IMG/VR virus record: IMGVR_UViG_3300031519_007484
Span: 1 to 31,668 of that record
DNA from: a virus
Taxonomy: Duplodnaviria > Caudoviricetes
Direction: 5' to 3' (one strand)
Length of the DNA: 31,668 nucleotides
In this document: positions 26,972 to 31,668 of the stretch, in pieces
Numbering within the stretch: the stretch's first letter is position 1
How the letters are laid out: every line of letters starts with the position of its first letter
Made by a program: the position numbers and the translations under genes
The notes under the pieces: model-generated
Told to the model about the DNA's origin: nothing
Seen by the model: the letters and a program-made list of their open reading frames with translations, nothing else
Database searches by the model: none

Positions 26972-27817
26972 ATGAAGATATTAGTAACTGGTCATAAAGG
27001 GTATATCGGAGGTCACATATTTCATAAATTAAAATCTTTGGGTCATGATGTGCGAGGTATAGATATAAAAGATAATGAAGATGTCCTTCACTGCTTACCT
27101 GATGAAGATTTTGATTATGTCTTCCACCTTGCTGCTGAACCAAGAGTTGAGTTTTCTGTTCATAATCCGTCCTACACAATGAAACAAAATGTTCTTGTGA
27201 CCTCGACACTTCTGGAGTGGGCGACAAATCATGATGTAAAGCGTGTTATTTTTAGTTCTTCAAGTTCTGTAAATGGTGATGGAGATGGTGTTCCTAGGTC
27301 GCCTTATGGACTACATAAGTTAGTTTCAGAAATGGAATGCAAGTTATTTTCTGAATTATATGGCTTAGATACAGTTTGTCTTCGTTACTTCAACGCTTAC
27401 TCTGAAGACCAGAGCTTTAGCGGGGCTTATTCAACAGCGATTGGGGCATGGATGGAAATGATAAGGCAAGGAGAGCCTTTACGTATGGATGGAGATGGGC
27501 AGCAAACTCGCGATCTTGTTCATGTTGACGATATTGTTCTAGCAAATGTTCGCGCTATGGAATCAAAAGATTGGTTTGGGGGTAAGTTTTATAATGTAGG
27601 CTCTGGGGAATCAGTCTCAATGAATTACATTAGAGATTTTATAAATCAAAGGTATGTTGTCGAATGGGATAACTCTCCAGAGAGAAAAGGGGACGTAAAG
27701 CATACTTTAGCAGATATAAGTGAGGCGAAAAAAGATTTAGGCTTTGAGCCTTTAGTATCAATTGAAGAGGGTCTCTTTAGGTGTTTTTGTAATCTGAAAC
27801 AATCGATAAAAAAATAA
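26972..27817 (+). CDS. NAD-dependent nucleotide-sugar epimerase/dehydratase
   Basis: ILVTGHKGYIG, FHLAA, SSSS, YGLHK (YxxxK), LRYFNAY and GDGQQTRD. Confidence 0.9.
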   Translation: MKILVTGHKGYIGGHIFHKLKSLGHDVRGIDIKDNEDVLHCLPDEDFDYVFHLAAEPRVEFSVHNPSYTMKQNVLVTSTLLEWATNHDVKRVIFSSSSSVNGDGDGVPRSPYGLHKLVSEMECKLFSELYGLDTVCLRYFNAYSEDQSFSGAYSTAIGAWMEMIRQGEPLRMDGDGQQTRDLVHVDDIVLANVRAMESKDWFGGKFYNVGSGESVSMNYIRDFINQRYVVEWDNSPERKGDVKHTLADISEAKKDLGFEPLVSIEEGLFRCFCNLKQSIKK

Positions 27818-27819
27818 TC

Positions 27820-28236
27820 ATGTATACTTATAAAATAAAAGAAATTATCAGGGTTGTTGACGGGGACACAGTTGATGTCTTAATTGATTTGGGTTTCGGA
27901 ACATTTAAGAAAGAACGTGTGAGATTAGGAGGTATAGACGCACCAGAGTCACGCACTAAGGATTTGTATGAGAAAAAATTGGGGCTAGAGGCTAAAGCAG
28001 AGCTTGAGAGATACTTTTATAATAATAAAGATTGCTGTTTCACTATCAGAACAGAGAAGGAAGGTAAGTATGGAAGGATTATAGGGTGGATACACATGGA
28101 AGCAGTCCTTGATTCTATAAATACATTGATGGTTCTCAATGGGTATGCTCAGATTTACGGTGGTCCAAAGAATAAAAAAAGCTTTGATGAGTTGAAATGC
28201 ATTAGAATTTCTAGGGGAACATGGAGTGACTCTTAA
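27820..28236 (+). CDS. Thermonuclease (SNase-like) family protein
   Basis: Motifs VVDGDTV, RVRLGGIDAPE and GKYGRII. Confidence 0.88.
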   Translation: MYTYKIKEIIRVVDGDTVDVLIDLGFGTFKKERVRLGGIDAPESRTKDLYEKKLGLEAKAELERYFYNNKDCCFTIRTEKEGKYGRIIGWIHMEAVLDSINTLMVLNGYAQIYGGPKNKKSFDELKCIRISRGTWSDS

Positions 28237-28299
28237 TATTATCTATGATTAAACCAGAAGAATAGGGCCAGAAGCATTTAGGTTCATTTAAATTGTCTG

Positions 28300-28328
28300 T
28301 TGATAAGATTTGGGTAAAGATTTAGAAT
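28300..28328 (+). promoter_or_regulatory. Sigma70-like leaderless promoter
   Basis: TTGATA-N17-TAGAAT, then 6 nt to ATG at 28335. Confidence 0.65.
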
Positions 28329-28334
28329 AACAAA

Positions 28335-29006
28335 ATGGAATCACTTAGAAGGCCAGTAGTTTATCAGGGAATTACTTACCCTGAGTATGAAATAGATTTT
28401 TACACCTCACAAGTTCATAGCATTAGGAATAATGATAAGGTTTTGAAGGCCACATCAAGGTCGTTTAGTAGTTACTTAAGTGTAACCCTTTCTTTAAATT
28501 CTGAAAGGTTATATGTCGGGGTTCATTCATTAATGGCAGAAACATTCCATGATCTTTTGCCTAAATCTCCCTTAGTATCTTACTATGGTTTACTAGTAGG
28601 TAGAGACAAACATATTTTAAAGACCCCAACAGAATTTACTTTCATCTGTAACCAAGTATGTCCTGATCATATTGATGGCGACCCAAGCAATAATCATCAC
28701 AGTAATCTAATGATTGTTACTCAATTAGAGAATAACCTAAAGAGAGGCCCGAAAAGAGAAGGCTTTAGCCCATATAAAGGGGTGACAAGTGATAGGGGGA
28801 AATTTAAAGCTAGAATAGATACAAAGAATACAATAGATCAAAATGGGAAAGCTTTTAGTTTGTCGAAAAATCTTAAAATAGAAAAAGAAGCAGCATTGAG
28901 ATATAATAAAATACTAGAAGATTCTTTGCTCACTATCTGGGGAAAAGATTTGGGGCCAAAGATGTATGATTTTGCTTATAAGAATGTAATTGAGACTCAT
29001 GTCTAA
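28335..29006 (+). CDS. Free-standing HNH homing endonuclease with an AP2-like C-terminal domain
   Basis: VHSLMAETF; HNH motif DHIDGDPSNN..SNL..VT..EN; AP2-like SPYKGV...FKARI...EAALRYN. Confidence 0.8.
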   Translation: MESLRRPVVYQGITYPEYEIDFYTSQVHSIRNNDKVLKATSRSFSSYLSVTLSLNSERLYVGVHSLMAETFHDLLPKSPLVSYYGLLVGRDKHILKTPTEFTFICNQVCPDHIDGDPSNNHHSNLMIVTQLENNLKRGPKREGFSPYKGVTSDRGKFKARIDTKNTIDQNGKAFSLSKNLKIEKEAALRYNKILEDSLLTIWGKDLGPKMYDFAYKNVIETHV

Positions 29007-29205
29007 GAGATACAGATTAAAATACCACCTAGCCTTAGACTTGGGGGATAAATACAAAGACTACCCAGATTTACCTGAATTTTATTCCGAGCAAGAAGCT
29101 AGGGATTATTGGGACATATATAAGAGGCGAGCTTTTATATCCTATAACGAACCAGTAGTCATTATCAGGAAGGAAGTTAGTGTGACTCTAATTACCAGAG
29201 TATAA
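28999..29205 (+). CDS. Hypothetical protein
   Basis: ATG at 28999 overlaps the end of the HNH gene. Confidence 0.55.
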   Translation: MSKRYRLKYHLALDLGDKYKDYPDLPEFYSEQEARDYWDIYKRRAFISYNEPVVIIRKEVSVTLITRV

Positions 29206-29429
29206 TTTATAATGAATTATTATTATTTATTATCCACGTTACCCCTAGACCTTTTATTAGTTATTAATCAAAGTTCTCATAGCATACCTTATAGGGATAT
29301 ATATAATAGAATAAAGAGCAGAAACAAGATAGAATAAGGGTTTGACTATATATTAATGGATGTTAGAATGGATAATAGGATAGTGGCTGCTGCTCTAATT
29401 AATAAATAATGGTAAGCTCAGTGTATTTT

Positions 29430-30002
29430 GCCCCCGAATAGCTGATAAAAGCAAACAAAAGCAACCCAAATAGCCCCTGAGCAAACAAAATTTTATAAAA
29501 CTGGCCGCGCCTGTAGTATTTTTTTATAATTAGTAACATTTTACCCTAGCCAGACACAAGTAGCAGCCCCACTTTTCTAAAAAAAACCAAATAAAGCGCC
29601 CTTTTAGCCTATTGTAACAAATAAAACAAGATAAAAGCTAGCTTTGGCCCACTTTTATTAAGCTAAACAAATAAGCGAGAGAACCAGATAATGAAAGATA
29701 ATAAAGAAATCGTGACACAAGTAAGTATCAAGTCAAATAACCCTAATTGGAACCCTGTCTTCAATAGCCTTAAAGTCGGGCCAGACGACGAAGGAGGCGG
29801 ATCTTATCTCAAGATCATTGGAGAAGATATCGATGCGTCTAAGGATGTTGATGGTGAGGGTGTTAGATTAGATTGGGAAGAGTGGGATAAACTAGTAGAA
29901 GTAGTAGCTAAGTATCGTAAAGATTGGGAGTATGACAAAGGAACTCAGACATCACCTACTTAGACGGCTATGCGCCCCACTTTCCCCAGAAACCACAAAT
30001 AA
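29430..30002 (+). repeat. Repeated bipartite motif, GC-rich 10-mer - N12 - CAAA(T/C)AA
   Basis: Copies at 29430, 29566, 29596, 29646 and 29974, all with a 12-nt spacer. Confidence 0.7.
29691..29963 (+). CDS. Hypothetical protein
   Basis: Protein-like ORF (GPDDEGGGSYLKI...LDWEEW). Confidence 0.7.
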   Translation: MKDNKEIVTQVSIKSNNPNWNPVFNSLKVGPDDEGGGSYLKIIGEDIDASKDVDGEGVRLDWEEWDKLVEVVAKYRKDWEYDKGTQTSPT

Positions 30003-30019
30003 ACATATAGTATAATACA

Positions 30020-30208
30020 ATGGAACAAGATAGCAACAAAAACAAATTCGATGTAAACCTCGACCCAGAACAAACAGAGAGATTGCAAGAACTTTTTGGA
30101 TTTAATAAAAAGCATCCCTTTGGGGACTGCATGGTTGACAGCTCAAAGAAAACAAAATTCTATGATAAGATAAAGAAGCTACAGGCAAAAAAGAACAAAA
30201 ACAAATAA
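30020..30208 (+). CDS. Hypothetical protein
   Basis: ORF with TATAAT immediately upstream. Confidence 0.55.
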   Translation: MEQDSNKNKFDVNLDPEQTERLQELFGFNKKHPFGDCMVDSSKKTKFYDKIKKLQAKKNKNK

Positions 30209-30300
30209 GCCCCCATTCATTATGTAGGCAAGTTTGCCAAATATTCTTCTAAATAATAAGCCCCAAGGTTGTAGGATTTTAGGCTAAATAAGCGAAAGTA

Positions 30301-30346
30301 AATAACCCGCCCCCCTTAGAAACTACAAAAAGGAGGACGGGTTATT
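30301..30346 (-). terminator. Hairpin or terminator at the strand-convergence point
   Basis: 17-bp inverted repeat AATAACCCGcCCcCCTT / AAGGAGGACGGGTTATT. The mismatches become G:U pairs on the minus strand. Confidence 0.7.
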
Positions 30347-30368
30347 ATGCCATGCGGACAGAGAGAGG

Positions 30369-30485
30369 TCAATTCACAAATAAAACAAAAAATTTGTAAA
30401 GCCCCAAGATTGAGATGACCCCACTAAATAAAAACAAACAGCCAAATACTACGCTCTCAAAGAAGCCTCGTTCTTGATCTCTCAT
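30369..30485 (-). CDS. Small membrane protein (38 aa, MRDQERGFFES...)
   Basis: Start reassigned to 30485 because TTGCTT-N16-TATAGT-N6-ATG precedes it. One hydrophobic helix. Confidence 0.55.
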   Translation of the reverse strand: MRDQERGFFESVVFGCLFLFSGVISILGLYKFFVLFVN

Positions 30486-30630
30486 GTGTTCACTATAGTA
30501 GTGTATAAAACTAAAGCAAGCAAAAATGTCGAATTTTGTTCCAAATATAAGCAAATAAAAACAAACAGAAATAAGCAGATGCCCGTTTTCTAGCATATAG
30601 ACAAATAAACACATCATATCATTAACAGTA

Positions 30631-30757
30631 TAACTAACTGATTATCAGAGACTTACATTAAGTAAAAATCGTTGTAACTCACTGATTAGTAAGGAGTTAG
30701 GCGGCGCGGCCCCGCCCCTGCGCGTAACTCGCTGTCGATCAACGAGTTACGGGGGTT
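30631..30757. repeat. Palindrome-GC spacer-palindrome element, copy A, plus an extra palindrome
   Basis: 25-bp imperfect palindromes at 30631-30655, 30675-30699 and 30725-30749. A 25-bp GC spacer lies at 30700-30724, and CGGGGGTTTT follows. Confidence 0.85.
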
Positions 30758-31114
30758 TTATTCAGCGAAAATTGCGTAACCATTTTTATTACCACGAATC
30801 ACAACAATCTCAGCCTCATGAATGGGGTTATTGTGTTCGTCAACGAATGTCTTGGCCTTGTAAGGGTTGTAGGAGACGGAAGCCTTAGGGACGCTAGAGT
30901 AAGCGATTTGACCCAGATTCTCTCCTAAAATTACAGCATGAACATTTTTTCTTTGTTCTTTCAAAACTCGCTGGCGACCAGCTTCGGAGACTTTGAACTT
31001 AGCGTTTTTAACAATGCACTGCTCTGCATGGCGGACCACCCTCCACGCACCATCAACTTTTTCTTGGATACTTAGGCATCGCTTGTGACGGTTGTAGTAA
31101 ACTTTTATTTCCAT
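30758..31114 (-). CDS. Conserved-looking phage hypothetical protein (118 aa)
   Basis: MEIKVYYNRHK...FKVSEAGRQRVLKEQRKNVHA...VSYNPYK. Start set at 31114, preceded by TTGTTG-N16-CAGAAT-N9. Confidence 0.8.
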   Translation of the reverse strand: MEIKVYYNRHKRCLSIQEKVDGAWRVVRHAEQCIVKNAKFKVSEAGRQRVLKEQRKNVHAVILGENLGQIAYSSVPKASVSYNPYKAKTFVDEHNNPIHEAEIVVIRGNKNGYAIFAE

Positions 31115-31187
31115 AACGAGAGTATTCTGACAGAATTTCGTTCTACAACAAGCCTTTTTAAATGTTTTTAATCTAAAAAAAACTTCA

Positions 31188-31272
31188 TAAGTCACTGAAC
31201 GATAAGGAGTTAGGCGGTCACGCCCCCCGCCCCGCCCTAACCCGTTGACGCTCAACGAGTTACGGGGGTTTT
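31188..31272. repeat. Palindrome-GC spacer-palindrome element, copy B
   Basis: Palindromes at 31188-31212 and 31238-31262, a 25-bp GC spacer at 31213-31237, then CGGGGGTTTT. Confidence 0.85.
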
Positions 31273-31275
31273 CAT

Positions 31276-31545
31276 TTAATCGTCTACCTCTTCAAAGTTG
31301 CGCATATGAGATCTAGCATATCGATATACCTTGTTCATAGCTTCGCAGACTTCTGTTCTTTCTATCAAAGCTTGATTCCAAGCCTCCTCTCCTAAAGGGT
31401 AGTAATCTCTCTGGTGGAAGTCTACTTCAAGGAGTTTAGCCTGAGCATCTCTTACCGCGCAAAACAAATCGTTGTATCGTCTGCGGAGGCTTTCTTCATC
31501 CGATCCATTCATGTGAATGACGGGGAATGTTAATTTTTTAATCAT
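31276..31545 (-). CDS. Hypothetical protein (89 aa)
   Basis: Protein-like ORF (PVIHMNGS...FHQRDYYP) whose start overlaps the upstream stop. Confidence 0.75.
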   Translation of the reverse strand: MIKKLTFPVIHMNGSDEESLRRRYNDLFCAVRDAQAKLLEVDFHQRDYYPLGEEAWNQALIERTEVCEAMNKVYRYARSHMRNFEEVDD

Positions 31546-31668
31546 ATGAATTTGTTGTAGCCTTTTGGGTGGATTTGCGTAAAGCCTAACTTTCTAAATG
31601 TATCGGCCAACTTGGTCGCGCCGTGTGTCGAGATAGGGATGCGAGTTTGCTCCTTATCAAAATCCCAT
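31542..31668 (-). CDS. 3' end of a hypothetical gene running off the window
   Basis: Open frame ...WDFDKEQTRIPISTHGATKLADTFRKLGFTQIHPKGYNKFI*, with an ATGA overlap. Confidence 0.55.
   Translation of the reverse strand, partial: WDFDKEQTRIPISTHGATKLADTFRKLGFTQIHPKGYNKFI

Noticed and set aside
29430-29674. CRISPR mini-array in the non-coding gap
   Set aside because: The repeats are short, degenerate and bipartite, without identical 25-45 bp repeats.
31115-31255. N-terminal extension of ORF 30758..31255
   Set aside because: It starts at TTG and spans the palindromic element and a promoter; ATG at 31114 is the better start.
30675-31262. Canonical integron attC sites
   Set aside because: GTTAGGC is present but internal, the element ends do not match RYYYAAC...GTTRRRY on the coding strand, and no integron integrase is seen. 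Kept as an unclassified element.
1-31668. Stop-codon recoding
   Set aside because: Recognisable genes are full-length in the standard code and end in TAA, TAG and TGA, and no suppressor tRNA is present.

Overview
This window looks like a 31.7 kb segment of a large tailed dsDNA phage. It is gene-dense, uses the standard genetic code, has no rRNA or housekeeping operons, and shows almost no Shine-Dalgarno motifs. 1-8.6 kb: tail-fibre/receptor-binding genes built from repeated modules. 8.9-10.9 kb: an amidase endolysin, a MazG-like pyrophosphatase and small membrane proteins. 11-12.9 kb: a nucleotide-heptose-like operon (cupin, HldA-like kinase, HldC-like nucleotidyltransferase, HAD phosphatase). 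Scattered further on are three glycosyltransferases, an NAD-dependent epimerase, a sulfotransferase, thyX, a pyrimidine-dimer glycosylase, a DUF1599/Nmad1-like protein, RuvB, two tRNAs, an 866-aa ETSA-repeat/propeller/trypsin-like protein, an SNase and an HNH-AP2 endonuclease. The least explained signals are non-coding and lie at the right end. One is a structured element with exact 25-25-25 bp geometry (palindrome, GC-rich spacer, palindrome) placed just after the stop codons of two consecutive genes. The other is a bipartite GC(C/G)CC(A/C)CTTT-N12-CAAA(T/C)AA-type motif repeated next to an AT-rich gap. Two classes of promoter-like motifs sit 6-9 nt from ATG, suggesting leaderless expression. 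All product calls come from reading motifs by eye; no database search was run.
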